DNA from: Callorhinchus milii
Lineage: Eukaryota
Assembly: GCF_018977255.1 (NCBI RefSeq)
Contig: NW_024704743.1
Location: 744,001 to 808,000, forward strand
DNA: 64,000 nucleotides
Direction of reading: 5' to 3'
A model generated the notes under the pieces. That model was not told where the DNA came from and ran no database searches. It saw nothing but the letters and a program-made list of their open reading frames with translations. Below, piece after piece: positions 49,749 through 63,439 of the stretch (its first letter is position 1; every line of letters begins with the position of its first letter). The position numbers and the translations under genes are program-made.

Positions 49749-49960
49749 TGGGGTAAGAGCGGGGGGAGTGGGGACTAGTTGGGGTAAGAGCGGGGGAGTG
49801 GGGACTAGTTGGGGTAAGAGCGGGGGGAGTGGGGACTAGTTGGGGTAAGAGCGGGGGAGTGGGGACTAGTTGGGGTAGGAGCGGGGGAGTGGGGACTAGT
49901 TGGGGTAAGAGCGGGGGAGTGGGGACTAGTTGGGGTAAGAGCGGGGGAGTGGGACTAGTC
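49749..49960 (+). repeat. ~30-bp G-rich tandem repeat (TGGGGTAAGAGCGGGGGAGTGGGGACTAGT) x7 inside a CR1-like 3' tail
   Basis: GACTAGT recurs 7 times at ~30-bp spacing; followed by the CR1 tail GGCACAGGCACGATGGGCCGAATGGCCTCCTTCTG. Confidence 0.93.
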
Positions 49961-50459
49961 GGTCGTTCTTTCAAAGACCCGGCACAGGCACGATGGGCCG
50001 AATGGCCTCCTTCTGCGCTGTAAGATTCCACGATATCTATGAAAGCGAGCGGGTAGGGGAATGTTTTTTTTTACACACACAGACAAACACACGCGCACAC
50101 GCGCGCAAAGCGTCGCCAGAACATGGCGCAAAGGTGGTGACTGAAGCAGAAACGCAGAATAGTTTTTCGAAGGCAATTCCCCCCCCTCTGCGGATAAAAT
50201 CGCTCACTCACTTCAGGGCCGTGCGGGCAAGAAGGATTGCTAACCTTCGAGAGAGAGCTGGGGGTGTGGGCACAATGGGCCGATTGGCCTCTTTCTGCGC
50301 TGTAAAATAACATCCACTGTGCCACAACCACTTGATGACTACTCAGGGGTCTTAAGTGAGTTAAGCTCAATGCCACCGATGCTTTTAGTCTGTCAAAAAA
50401 AAAACAGCTTGGAAGCAAGCGAATCAATAGGGAACTTCTTTCACAATCCCCATCACACG

Positions 50460-50493
<34 letters not shown>

Positions 50494-51759
50494 GTCACCA
50501 TCAGAATTTCTTTCGGAGCGATCGATCGCAAATATTTACGGTTGTTATTTTTCGGGGGGGTTTGCCTGTGTCGCTCTGTTTATCGCTGTCGACCTGCGCC
50601 GATTACGACAGGCAGTAGCAATGGCAACTTGCATTTACTCGCCGCCTTTTCGCTTCGGGGAATTTTATTCCGCTGCTTTGACAATAGTAATAATAATGAT
50701 AATCATAATAATAATCATAATAATCCTGGCATTTGATATGGAGACCTTATCACGTCGTGGAGAGGCCTCAAAGCGCTTCACAGAACGTGCGGCAAAGTGA
50801 ATTGACTGTGCGTGTTGCGGGCGAAACGCACAGCAGCGTCCCACAAACAGTCGAGGATTGAGCTTACACACCCCCCTCCCCACCCCCTCCCTCCAACTCA
50901 CTACCCGCTGTCTCCACTCGAGTGGCTCCAGTCTCCTGTTTGTTGCCTCCGCACTTTCAGCCACTACGGCCCGAAACTCTGGAACCCTCTCCCTCTATCT
51001 CCCGGCCTTGTCCCCTTCCTTCCGCAGCTCGAGTCGCGGTATATCTCGACCGTCTCTCAACAAGGGGACCTTTAACCGTGGCCAGAAAATGGACGTCGTG
51101 GGGTGGAGGGGGTAACGGAGAGAGAGAGATCACGACAGACAAAGTCAGTGTTCCCAGTCAACGGTCAAGTTTCAGTGTCCGTTAATCACAGGGTCACAAG
51201 AGAGATTCGGATGAAAAAGGCCCTTTCGGGCTATAATAATAAAGTCTGATCAGGCGCCACGTCAAATGCAAGAAGATTATTATTGTTATAGTAATAATAA
51301 CCCTCGCATTTGATACGGCGCCTGATCACGTCTTCGAGGAGTCTCAAAGCGCTTCGCAGTTTACGCTGCAAAGCGAATTGATTATATATTTTGTGGGCGA
51401 AACCCGGCAGCCGATTGGGCACAGCAGCGTCCCCCCACAAACCTACTTACAGAGGCGTGCGGAGTAAGGACACTTAGGTTTCATCCCGCCCGGGAATCGA
51501 AGCCCGGGTCCTCTCGCCTGCGCTACAGGACTCCTCCAATGAATAGCATTTAGGAGTACAATCCTCAGTACATCAGGTGCAGTCGCGGTACTTTCAGGCG
51601 TGAGATCCCATCAGAGCCGAGCGTTCTCAACACAACACAACACAACACAACACAGCACGGCACAGCCTCCAGGAGATTCCCTGGGGAGAATACTCTCGGG
51701 AGCCTTTGCAGGCGAGAGGACATACACCTCCTGCCGTGTGTGAGTACCTTCCTAATCGT

Positions 51760-51975
51760 GTCAGCCTGGCTCAGGTGGTAACACTCTCTGCCCCGGTTCA
51801 GAAGGTTGTGGGTTCGAGTCCCACGTTACGTTGGGATTTTGAGCTGCGGCGATGCTCCAGTGAGGGACTGGACTGTCGGGAGGTGACCAGACATTTAACC
51901 AAGGTCCCATCTGCCTGTTCAGTTGGACGTTAAAGATCCAATGCGCTAGTTGAAAAGCGAAGGGAGATATCCTGG
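51760..51975 (+). mobile_element. Second Deu-type SINE family (SacSINE1-like head and core), 5' part
   Basis: GTCAGCCTGGCTCAGGTGGTAACACTCTC...AGAAGGTTGTGGGTTCGAGTCCCAC head and CTGTTCAGTTGGACGTTAAAGATCC core; related copies near 7.8-8.3, 11.1-11.5, 17.9-18.1, 33.4-33.7, 36.3-36.9 and 46.1-46.3 kb. Family name is from recall. Confidence 0.7.
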
Positions 51976-53649
51976 GCCTACGAAACCCCAGATAAAGAAA
52001 CATGAGAATCTGCCGGGCAAAAGAAGTCCGAGGTCCATCCAGTTCATCTTCCACCATCCTGGCAGCCGCTTGACATGTCGTGTCCCCCAAAACTGTACGC
52101 CGTATATCCTGAGATATTATTTCCTAACAGAAATCTATCTCATTTGTTCTTGAAAGAATCAATTCTTTCTGCTTCCACCGTCTGTCTCCCTATTCCATTA
52201 TTATTATTATTATTATATAATCACATGGATTATTATTATCATTATACTATCATTGCAACTGTTGACTACGCTGACACTCCAGTGCAGTGTTGGGGGAGCG
52301 CTCACGAGAAAAAGAAGGGAGTTTCTCTCTCTCTCTCTCTCTCTCCTCTCTCTCTCCCGGTGTCCTGGCCGACAAATGCCCCCCCCCCAAATAAAATTGC
52401 CCACTCCCTTTCGCGACACTGTTTGCGGGCCACTGCTACGCGGAAGCCCCCCAAAGATATACACGGTCTCGGCGACGGAATAAGGCGGTCGGTCAAGTGC
52501 GAGGATGGCTATCGTCGTTATTCTATTGCACAAGAAGAGAGAGAGAAAAAAAGCAGGCGCAGGCGCGGGGGGGGCCTTAAAATCAACCCCCAAATAGCAA
52601 TGTCTCTCCTTTCCATCCTCACAAAGGGATTTCGCGATAGATAGAGACAAGAGACTTGCGTTGTGGGGACTTCACTCGCCCGCCTGAGTTGCTCATCCAC
52701 TCAGAGGTCTCCCCGCTTGACTCTTGACAGCTCAGATATCTGCCAGGTAGCGGCAGCAACAACAACAAAAAAAAAAAATTGGCTCTTGTAAGCTCCTACG
52801 CAGCTAAGCCCAGTGATGGAGTAAGATGAGCGTGTGACAGGCAATCAATACAATACCAGGAAGGGCTTTAGAGAGAGAAAAAAAAAGGCAAATTGTATCA
52901 TGCGGTTATCAGAGAGAAAAGAGCAGCGGAATCCCAGCAAAGTAGACAAAAGGACACAAAATGCCCTTGTCCTTTCAATCCCCCCCCCCACCACCCGCAC
53001 CCCCCCGCCCCGCACCCCGCACCCCCGCCCGCACCCCGCACCCCCGCATAAATCCAAAGGCAAAAACGTTGAAACGTCAGCCACGACGGCCCGAAACTCT
53101 GGAACTCTCTCCCTCAGTCGCTCCAACTTGCCCTCCCCACCCCTCCCCACCCCACCCCGCGCCCCCTCCATCCTCACGTTCCGAAGACCTTCCTCTTCGG
53201 CCGCGATTCGTGGCGTAAATCACGAAATAGTCAATCAAGAAAATGTATTCTGTTTGGTCGACCGAAAGGTTCGGCCGCCACAGCTCTATTTAAATGCGAG
53301 TTGTTGTTGTTGTTGTTGTTGCTGTTGCTGTTACCGCTGCTGTTTTCTGGTTAAGTGGAATTTTCAGTCTGGTTCGGACACTCTTACTCACGGAGATAGA
53401 CAACCCAACTGACCACATTACATCTCCGTTACAACAACAACAACTACATTTGTACAGCGCCTTTCATGTCAGGAGGATGTCCCGAGGCGCCGCCATTACA
53501 GGGTCACTGATTACGTTACGCCTCCATTACAGTGTCACTCGCACTGGTTTGGTGTAAGATTTTTTCCAACAAAAGCAAATGTTAAATATAAATCGCAGCG
53601 GCAGAATCAATATTTAGTTTGCACCAGAACGAAGCGGTGAAATTTTCTT

Positions 53650-53685
<36 letters not shown>

Positions 53686-54189
53686 CCTGCGAGTGTGAGG
53701 GGGTAAGAGTAATCCTTTGCGCCTTATCACGCCTTCGAGACGTCTCAAAGCGCTTCGCAGGATACCCTGTAAAATCAACCGTCTGCGTGTTCTGCGGGCG
53801 AAACCCGGCAGCCGGTTGCGCACAGCAGCGTTCCCCACAAGCAGTCGCGGATTGAAGTGACCAAATTATTATTGGGCTGACGAGACTGGAGCGAAAAAAT
53901 AGCTGAAGAGCGAGAGAACGCATTGCGAACCGGGCATTAGAAAGGAGCAGGAGGAAGGGACAGAGGAGGATTTAGTTACGTCGGCAGCTTAGTGTCATTG
54001 TAATTTCACCCAAACCCACTTCTAGGATACCTCAATCCGTCAGTGAACTTGCTCTCAGACATCTGCTGAAAGCTGTACTCCATGACCTGGGATTACCTGC
54101 CACCAACCCCCACCCCCCACCCTCCGCCTCACACACACACACACCGTACAGTAAAGTCACAGATGCAGGTCAGATAAGGATATTATTTT

Positions 54190-54760
54190 ATATCCCTGGT
54201 CCATAGCATCCCAGGGCACTCACGGCTGATGGCAGCACAGCCCGGCCCTGGCTCATCCATCGGCAGGACCTGGAAGGGCCGACCAGTCACTGGGGGCAGG
54301 GAATCCTCCCCCTCAGCTCCTGTTAACCCCACAGCCAAAGCCCTAACTAACTAAGTAACTCACTAACTAACGGGGAGGGTGGTCCTAGGCTGGACAAGCA
54401 GCGGGGAAGCTTGACCAGACAGCGCTCTCGATGGCCGAGCTGTGTGAGGGTTTAGCTGGTTAGACTCCAGCAGTTACCCCAACGCACACTCTGTGCTCCC
54501 CCCCCCCCCACTCCCCACCCCCCACAAGCCTTGGCTCTCGCCAACCTGCGCCTAATACTCTCCGGAATTAGGTAAACAGGATGTGTCCCTCCAGGGACGG
54601 GGAGAGAGGGAGAGAGAGAGAGAGAGAGAGAGCGCATTCCATTCCAACAATCTATGTTTGGGATTTCCATGCGTAAGTGGGAAGCGGGAATTCTCAGCTG
54701 AGGTTTGGATACCTTTAGGCACGGTGATGGGTTTCCGCGTGTGTCAGACACCCGGCTGTA
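54190..54760. mobile_element. Unclassified dispersed repeat (longest copy seen)
   Basis: Colinear with ~20110-20512 (CTCCTGTTAACCC...TTTAGCTGGTTAGAC...AATACTCTCYGGAATTAGGTAA...GGGTTTCCGCGTGTGTCAGACACCCGGC); reverse-oriented or partial copies near 3.6-3.85, 26.6-26.75, 30.8-31.15, 41.25-41.35 and 59.4 kb. Confidence 0.75.
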
Positions 54761-56923
54761 CACAAATAAATAAACCGGGGGATATGACACATCACCGTGT
54801 CTAATGGTATCCGAACCACATTAAAAGTTCCACGAATGCCACCTAAACATGGAGGTTTCTGTGTCCGGAATGGAATGTGCCTTGGGACGTCCTCCAGCAG
54901 TATAAATTTAATTTATTGTTGCTGTGGCTGAATGTCCTTCTTCCTGGAGGGGTGGATCCTGTTTGCCTGATTCTAGAGCGTCTTAGAATAATAATACCGG
55001 TCATTCACCTCAATGGCTGTTTGCGGGACTTTGCTGTGTGCAAATTGGCTGCTGTGTTCGTCTACAAATCCACAGTCACTGCACTTTACAGCCATTCCCT
55101 GTGAAGCACTTGGAGACTTCTTCCCGGTATGAAAGACGCTGTTTCAAATGCAAGGACTATTATTAATTATTATTATTATTATTAACATTCAAAGCTTTGC
55201 AAGCTCAACGACCGCACGTTTCTCTTTTTGAACGGTTGGGAAACTGACAAATCCAGGCACACGAGTAAAATAAACAGCCACACAATAAATACACAAGTCG
55301 TAAAAGTGAACTCGAAGGGATAAGCGACGATAAGCAACGGCAATTTTGACGGCTGGCGTGTTAAAGTCCACACCTGACTGCCTTCGTTTAACAACCAGAA
55401 CCGATAATAATCCACCCGACCGACACAGCGTCCTTAACATCAAGCGTAACACGCCTGCTAACACAACATGTTTTATGGAAGTTTAGCGACTGGGGTGTTT
55501 GTTAGTCTAAGCTGGCAGCCAGGTTGTCCCGCCCACGGAAGTCACTTGCGCAGCGTGCCAAACGGAAGGCGTCTCGTTATTCGAGACGTTCTCGAAGACG
55601 GGATGAGGCGCCGTAGCGACGAAAAGGCACGTGGCCGCCCAAACAACATGAGCACAAGCAATCCTCTCGAAAAAACGTAGCCCTCCAGCCTCGACGGGAC
55701 TTTGTCTCTCCCCCGTGTCCCTGGCCAACGATCCTCCAGAGATAGTCCTCCGCGGCCACCTGTGAGGCATCGCCGTGCGCAGAACTTAGTTGCCGGGCTT
55801 CAACCCCCAATATTCACAGTCACTACACTTTACGCTACATCCTGGGAAGCGTTTTTGAGACACTCGACGACACAAGGGTAATTATTATCCAGCGCCATTC
55901 GCACAGGGCAGCTTGTCGGACCGCTGAAATCCTCAGAGGAGGTGGAGGAGGAGGAGGAGGAGGGCAGAGAGGGCAAAGGTCCTCGAAAGCCACAGAGAAG
56001 GGCAACATCTGGAGAGATAAACCGAGACAGATGTGCCTGTCATAAGGAGGTCAATCCAATGAATGAGAGAGAGAGCGAGAGCGAGAGAGAGCGCGAGCGC
56101 GAGAGAGAGAGAGAGAGAGAGTAGAGAGAGAGAGAGAGCTCCAGGAATATTGCAAAGTGGGTTTAAAGGATTAACTGACAGATCAAGGCCATTCGCGTTG
56201 ACTAGCGATCGCCTGCGACCAGCAACAAGGCAGGTCCAGCGTCGAAGGAAAGGTGATGGCAGAAGGCGGGGGGTGGTGGGGGGTGGGGCTCGAGGTCAGG
56301 ATTTGACCGTCCTTAGCCCTTGGTGGACTGGCCAGCCAGTCAGTAGGCGGGCGATGTCGAGTCCTACAGCACAGAAGGAGGCCATTCGGCCCATAGTGTC
56401 TGCGTCGGCTCTTTGGAGGAGGTGCCCGATCAGCCCCACTCCCCCTCTCTTTCCCCATAGCCCTGCAAAACTTTTGCTGCCCCCTCCCTTTTGAAAGTTA
56501 TCATTGAATCTGCTTCCACCAGTCTTTCAGGCAGTGCGTTGTTCCAGATCCAGATTGGGTCGGGGGGGGGCGCGGGGGTGCTCATGAGCCACCATGACCT
56601 TCACCTGGTACGTCGGCAATGGCCTTTGACCCACTTGAGGGCATCCGAGGCCCCAAAGTGCTCTTCGTCTTAACCTCAACGCCGTTGTCTCAAACTCTGA
56701 GATCTTCAGATCCTTAAATTCAGCCTTAAATTGGAAGCCGTTTCCTTGAGAGATGGGCGGTGGGTGTGGGGGTGTGGGGGGGGGCGGGGGGGGGAGGTGG
56801 GGGGAATAGGGTGTCCAATGGAGCCCAACGAGAATGGGGTTGATAGGCTCGTGGCGCCTGGGACTGTAAAGCCACACAATAGTGTAGGATTTTGTCGAAT
56901 TCTTATATTCAGCCCCAATTTGT

Positions 56924-57295
56924 GGAGTCCCTGTAGCTCAGTGGTTAGAGCCCTCGCCTCGCAAGCGAGAGGACCCGGGTTTGATTCCCGGGCAGAGGCG
57001 AAACGTTGGGCAAGTTTCCTTGCTCCGCACGCACGCACACACACGCCTTGTTTACTCGGCAGTCAGTAGGAACCCGACTGTTAGCCGAGTGGCGGATCGC
57101 TTTTCCGGGCGGTAAATAATCCCTTCGGAAGAAAAATAACCGGAGAAAATAACGGCAACAATTCGGTCACTCGTTCCTCGAGTGTTCGCGGGTCGCTGCT
57201 GCTTCACCCACACAGTGTAATGAGTCAATTCAGTTTGCAGCATATCCTGTGAAGCGCTTTGAGACGTCGGTGTCAAATGCAGGGATTGTTATTGT
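56924..57295 (+). mobile_element. tRNA-Ala-headed Deu-type SINE
   Basis: Head GGAGTCCCTGTAGCTCAGTGGTTAGAGCCCTCGCCTCGCAAGCGAGAGG; same body and tail. Confidence 0.88.
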
Positions 57296-58853
57296 TGGAC
57301 TTTCCGGAATGGGGGAAGCGGGATGAGCGCGCGCATTCCATTCCAGACACGAGAACATTCTCTGCCGAGGTGACACACGTATGTGGAACTCACATTACAC
57401 GTCGCTTGGACATTTGCTGCTGGGCTTCTGCACGGTTGTGCCACCGGACTGCCCCCCCCCCTCACCCCCCGCGAAAAAAAAAGTCTGGATAACAGAAAAT
57501 AATAACAATTACAGTAATGATGATACTCACTTAACGTAACAACTACTTAGAGAGAGCTACCCATTACTCACAGAGACGCACAGTGAGACACTGTCAAATC
57601 CCTAATTATTAGCTCGAACAGATTACAAACAAGTCTTCGTTACAAATCATCAGCGTGCGTCCATTTATTTACTTATTTACTTACTGATGAATAATAATAA
57701 AAGTAATAATTGCCTTTGCAGTTGAGATACGCTTCACACGTTGGGAAGTCTCAAAGCGCTACAGGGTTCGGCGTCAAGTACAGCGACCGCCTACTTTGTG
57801 GGCGAATGCCCGGCTAATCAAATGCACGGATTATGATTACTATTATTAGTAATATTATTGTAACCCACTCATAATTTAAGACCAGGTTCCAGTGGGATGG
57901 AGCCGGGAGAGAGCTGCATTAGTTGCAGAAGTAAATGAATAATCCTTGCGCTTTGAAGCAGCGTCTACAACGTCAAAACGCCTCAAAGCACTCCATGGTT
58001 AATTGCTATTAAGCCAAGTGACTTGGTTCAGAGCCTGAAAAGCCTCAGCTTTTCAATCATTCCTCTTAGCCCATTGCTCTTAACACTAACCGCTCTCTCC
58101 TCTGCTCTACCTCCAGAGCACGGGCAACAACTTGCGGAAAGTTGCTGGTGGAACAGACGCTTAAAAAAAAAGAGGATGGAACGATAAGAGAAAGAGAGTG
58201 GCAGAAATGTGATATCAGCAAGGCTCACAGTCACCAAAAGAAGACCGAGGAAGAGCTATGGGAATGGAGTTTAAGAGGAAAATTAAGATTAGAAAAAAAA
58301 CACGCACGCGCTCGCACAACAATAATAATCCTCGCATTTGGCACAGCAACTTATCACATCACCAAAACATCTCGAAGCACTTCATAAAACATCGCTGGAG
58401 AGTGCAGTGATTGAAGACTAACCCGGCGGCCAAGTCGCAACCAGTAATGTCCTCAAACAAACTGCCAAGAATTGAATTGAAAGGCTGATTTTTATCCGGA
58501 GAGGTTGTTGGCCAGGACGCTGGGAGAAACTCCCCCCTCTTTTCCAGTAGTGGCGCAGGAGTAAACATCCACCCCGAGCGGGGAGATTAACAACCATTAC
58601 AACCCGTAACAGATCTAACAGGGATCTTAGGAGGAAGCTCTCAACATCGTATCTCAGAGGGAGAAAGAAAGAGAGTCACAGAATGGGGATGGGATCACCG
58701 GAAGGGGTTTGGGATGAAGGAAATCCATCTATCCAATGTATATCCCATCCATATTCGATGTCAACCGTGCAGAACGCGCAGCCTACTGGCTGCCCATCAC
58801 AGCTGTTTCTTCAGGAATTTTAGAAATTTACAGCGCGGATGGAGGCCAGACGT

Positions 58854-59227
58854 GGGGTCCTGTGGTTCAGTGGTTAGAGCCCTCGCCTCGCAAGCGAGAG
58901 GACCCGGGTTCGACGCCCGTCAAAGCGAAACACTGGGCACGTTTCCTTACTCCACACGCCCACACGCGCCTGATTACCGGCAGTAAGTGGGAACCCGGTT
59001 GTTAGTCGATTGGCGGATCGCTTTTCCGGGGGCAATAATTCCTTCTGAAAAAAATAGGAATTGTAAATTGGTGACTCAATCAACCCACACCTGCTTGTGG
59101 GGTCACTGCTGTGGACAATTTCGCCCACAGATATAGAGTCAATTCACTTTACAGGGAGCGCTTTGAGACGTCTCGAAGAAGTGATAAGGCGCTGTGTCAA
59201 ATGCAAGGATTATTATTATTATTATTA
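58854..59227 (+). mobile_element. tRNA-Ala-headed Deu-type SINE
   Basis: Same head, body and tail. Confidence 0.88.
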
Positions 59228-59920
59228 AGTCTGCGCTGGGTATAGAAGAGGGGAATAGGAGAGGTGGAGGTTCATTCGGAGTATCAACACCAGCACGGAC
59301 TAGTTGGGCCAAACACCCTGTTTGTGCGTTAATACAACAGGAGCAGCAACAACAACAACAACAAATTGTATTTATATTAGTTAATCCCAGAGAGAGTATT
59401 GGGCACAGTTTGGCGAGAGCCAAGGCTTGGGTTGAGGGAGGGAGGGAGAGAGGAGAAGAGGAGGAATATATCATATTAATAATATAATAATAATCCTAAT
59501 AACATTTACATTTTGTAATAATCCTCACAATTGATAAGAGCGCCTTATCACGTCTTCGAGATGCCCGAAAGCGCTCTGGGAGAAGGTCCGAGCAACACCC
59601 CACCCCTACACGCACACACACACATATAACTGCTGAACACCAGTGAGTACTATCAGTTATACCTCCAATGATATTTCAGTTCCGATACACATTCCACGTT
59701 AATATCAGTTAGCTCAAGCTTATTATTTTGGGGTTGTTTTCAGCTGCTGCTCTATACAGCAGCTGCTCCCATTATTGCAGCTCCATTGACTTCAATCACA
59801 AACCAAGTCGGGTCTCTGGTATCACGTCTGTCCATCAGAAATGCTTACAAAGGGCTTTTAATGTCAGTGATCTGCCAATTGATTAACAGCTCGGTTCCTA
59901 TTTACCCTGGCTAAACAGAG

Positions 59921-59952
<32 letters not shown>

Positions 59953-61396
59953 TCGGGTGCGTGTGCGCGTGGAGTAAGGAAACTTGCCCAATATTTCGCC
60001 CTGACCAGCCCGGCTGGGAACCGAACCCGGGTCCTCTCTCGACGCTTGCGAGGCGAGCGGTCTAACCACTGGGCCACCAGAATCAAAACGTAATATAAAA
60101 ATAATAGTCCCTCCAAAACCAAAAACAATAATGAATTGGTCATTTTCGATCCCCGACTGTTTGTGGGACATTGCTGTGCGCAATTGGCCGCCGCGTTCGC
60201 CCACAAATATACAGTCAATTCACTTTACAGTGTGTTCTGTGAAGCGCTTCGGGACGTCCTCCCGACGTGAAAAGCGCTATATCAAATGCGAGGATTATTA
60301 TTATTAAAAATATATAGAGAGCGAGATCCCGAGTCTAGTTATCCCTCGTCCCCTCCACTCCACCATCAGCGGCCGCTCTTTCAACCACTTACGCGCCCCC
60401 CCCACCACCAAGAAGCTTTGGCGCTCTCTCTCCCCCAATCCCTCTGCCTCGCCCCCTCCTTCTTCTAAGAAGACCCTCCTCTTCGACCGTGCTTACGGTC
60501 TCCTCCGCCCTTCCCCACCCCCCCCCCACCCCGGCTTGGAGTCACTGTTAAGCGCTCCGAGATGCTGTCCCGTGTGAAAGACGCCGTGTAAATACGGTGA
60601 GCGACAATGGTTAATGTTTCCGTTTGTTTTATTGCCGCAGATAATCGGGGAGGAGGAAATCAGAAGAATTGAAGAATAAACAAGTCCCCGTGAATCTTAT
60701 TGATTTCCAGATCTCGTCTTCTCCTCCCTCCCTCCCACCCTTGTCACACCCCCCCCACCCCTCCCACCCCCCACCTCCAACCCCGCCCGACCGCCCTTTC
60801 CAGTGCGTTGATCCCGTCTGCCTCGTCATCCGAGAATGATGTAAAATCTTCCCCCTTAATCCTAACCACGTCATCATCCCAAGTGGCCACAGAGTCAACT
60901 CCAACACTCACTGAGCAAAGACCACAACCTGAGGATAGGGACAAAGTTCAATCACAAGAGAGAATGGAGTAAAGACTTAGCTCAGTCGGTTACACTCTTG
61001 CGCTCTGAGTCAGGACATTCAAAGACCTGTACCAGGGAGGACTTTTCAACTCCGTCTGGACCAGCGTTGTCAGAGGGGCCATTTTTTTTCAGATGAGATG
61101 TTCAACCAAGGCCGCATCGTCTACCTGCTCAGATACGTTACAAATTTCCGCTTACGCACGAGGACCGTACACAGGGCCTTTCAAAAACCGGGAGGGCGTT
61201 CAAGGTGGCCTAACGGTTCCACTGAGTGAAGCGGGCGGACGGGGTGGGTGGGTGGGGGGACTGTGGAATGGCAGCGGTATTTTGCCAAAAATAAACAGCC
61301 GATTCACTACGTAAGCTGTGAGGTGTTGAGATGTTCAGCGGGGTGAGGGGTATAAACCACGCGGAATGTCCGCGACGGAGGGGGGGGGGGGGGGTT

Positions 61397-61435
<39 letters not shown>

Positions 61436-61991
61436 GGTGCATACGACAATGAGGGATTTGAAGTGGGGGAGGGAGGGAGGGAGGGAGGGAGGGGGAGGCA
61501 GAGGGATTGAGTGAGGGAGTTTCGGAGGGGGGGGGTTGTGGCGGAGGGGACGAGGGACGAACAGGAGGCCGGAGCCGGTCGAGCGGAGGCAACGGGTGGG
61601 GGGGTGGGAGCAGGGTGGGGTGGGTGGGGGGGTGGGGAGGGGCGTAAGCAAGTCGGAGAGAGAGGCAGGGAGGTGCCAGAGAGTGGAGGGATCTGAAAAC
61701 GAGTGAGAGGATCTTGAACTCGATCCATTTGGGGCTATTAAATGCAACTTATTACCATTATTATTAGACTCGCGGTTTCAACCTGTGGCTATTTCGCTGC
61801 CCACAACTTGGGGAACGGACGGAAACTACAACAACAAAGGCACAGCCCGAGAATAGCCCTCACCGCGTAAGGAGCGGTTGGGAATGACACGGGGGGTCTC
61901 GTTGGGAGACTTGGGAGAGTTTCAGGACCACAGAGTGAGAACAGCTCCAACTTCCAGAATACGCCTCACAAGACATACAGCCGATGGATGA

Positions 61992-62512
61992 CAGACACAC
62001 ACACACACACACACACACAGACACACACACACACAGACACACGCCACACCGAGACGCAGACACACACCACGTAGAGACACACACACGCACAGAGACACAC
62101 GCAGATAGACGCACACCACACAGAGATACAGACATACACAGAGACACAAACACACACACACAGAGACAAAGGCACACGGACAGACACATCACACAGAGAC
62201 ACAGGCGCACGCACAGAGACACACAGAGACAGACACCCCCCCCCACCCCCCCCCCCCCCCCCGCAGAGACACAGAGACACACACACAGACAGACACACAC
62301 ACACAGACACACACACACCACATAGAAACACAGACACACACAGAAAGACAGATGCGCACACACAGACACACACACACACACACACACAGACCACATAGAA
62401 ACACAGACACACACACAGACAGACGCGCGCGCACACAGCCAGACGCACACAGATCGACACACACGGAGACTGAGACACACACAGAGACAGAGACACACAC
62501 AGAGACACGCGC
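61992..62512. repeat. Degenerate CA/GA low-complexity repeat
   Basis: Direct reading. Confidence 0.9.
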
Positions 62513-63408
62513 AGACTCTCCCCGCAAAGAAAGAAAAGCACATTTTAAAGCACCCACGAGGCTTGAGGTTGTCAAACTTGTTTGCACCGGTGACTGCCAC
62601 GTAGGAGGCTGCGCTTGACTGATCAACACCAGCTTTCCGTCTCTGCCTCTCTCTCGCCCACAAAATACACAGTCACTCCACTTTGCAGTCTATTCTGCGA
62701 AGCGCTTTGAGACGTCTCGAAGGCGCGGCATTGAGTGCCGGGATTATTATGAAGCACGAGCTGCTGCGGGACAGTTTGTTTCCGGTCATTTTAATATTTT
62801 CTGTCGTCTGTTCACCGCATCGGAAAAGGAGATCGAGTGAAAGCCGAACCCGAGTGAAGGGCGAATTCCCCGTTCGCTTTTCTCTCCCCAAATCGCGTGT
62901 AGAGTGTAAAGGAGGGGGTGGGGGGGGGGGGGGGGTGGAAAAAAGTAACCCAACAAATCCTCAAAAAAAAAACCCCACGAGGAATAGAGTCGTTGATAGA
63001 TATGCAACACGACCAAACTGACACACACCCAAACACGCATGAACACACGCACACACACCTACACACCCCCACACACACGCGCGCACACGCACACACACAC
63101 CTTTCCCTTTGATCTGTAACAATCTAAGGCTTTGATTTCTCGGCTTTGTACGCGGATTGAATGGAACGACCTTCTCAACGCTCACTTTTCTACCCGAGAG
63201 AAAACAACCGACTCCTGACGCAACAAGTGTTCGGGCACAGCGCGAGACTCCTTTTGTTTTTGGAGAGACGCGGCACATATTTTTTTTCGGGGGGTGAAAT
63301 AATTGTACTTAAAGGGTAGGAGCCACCGAGAACACAGACACACACACACACACACACTTCTCTCCCTCCCTCCCTCCCTCCCTCCGCGTACACACACACT
63401 CCCCGCCT

Positions 63409-63439
<31 letters not shown>

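Noticed and set aside
45915..52185. Similar ~180-bp segments at 45.9-46.1 kb and 52.0-52.2 kb in opposite orientation, suggesting terminal inverted repeats of a large transposon
   Set aside because: Both look like independent 3' tails of a second CR1-like subfamily, and no transposase remnant is visible between them.
61379..61437. Very long poly-G run and its polyproline ORFs
   Set aside because: Homopolymer within an L2 remnant; length unreliable and no coding evidence.
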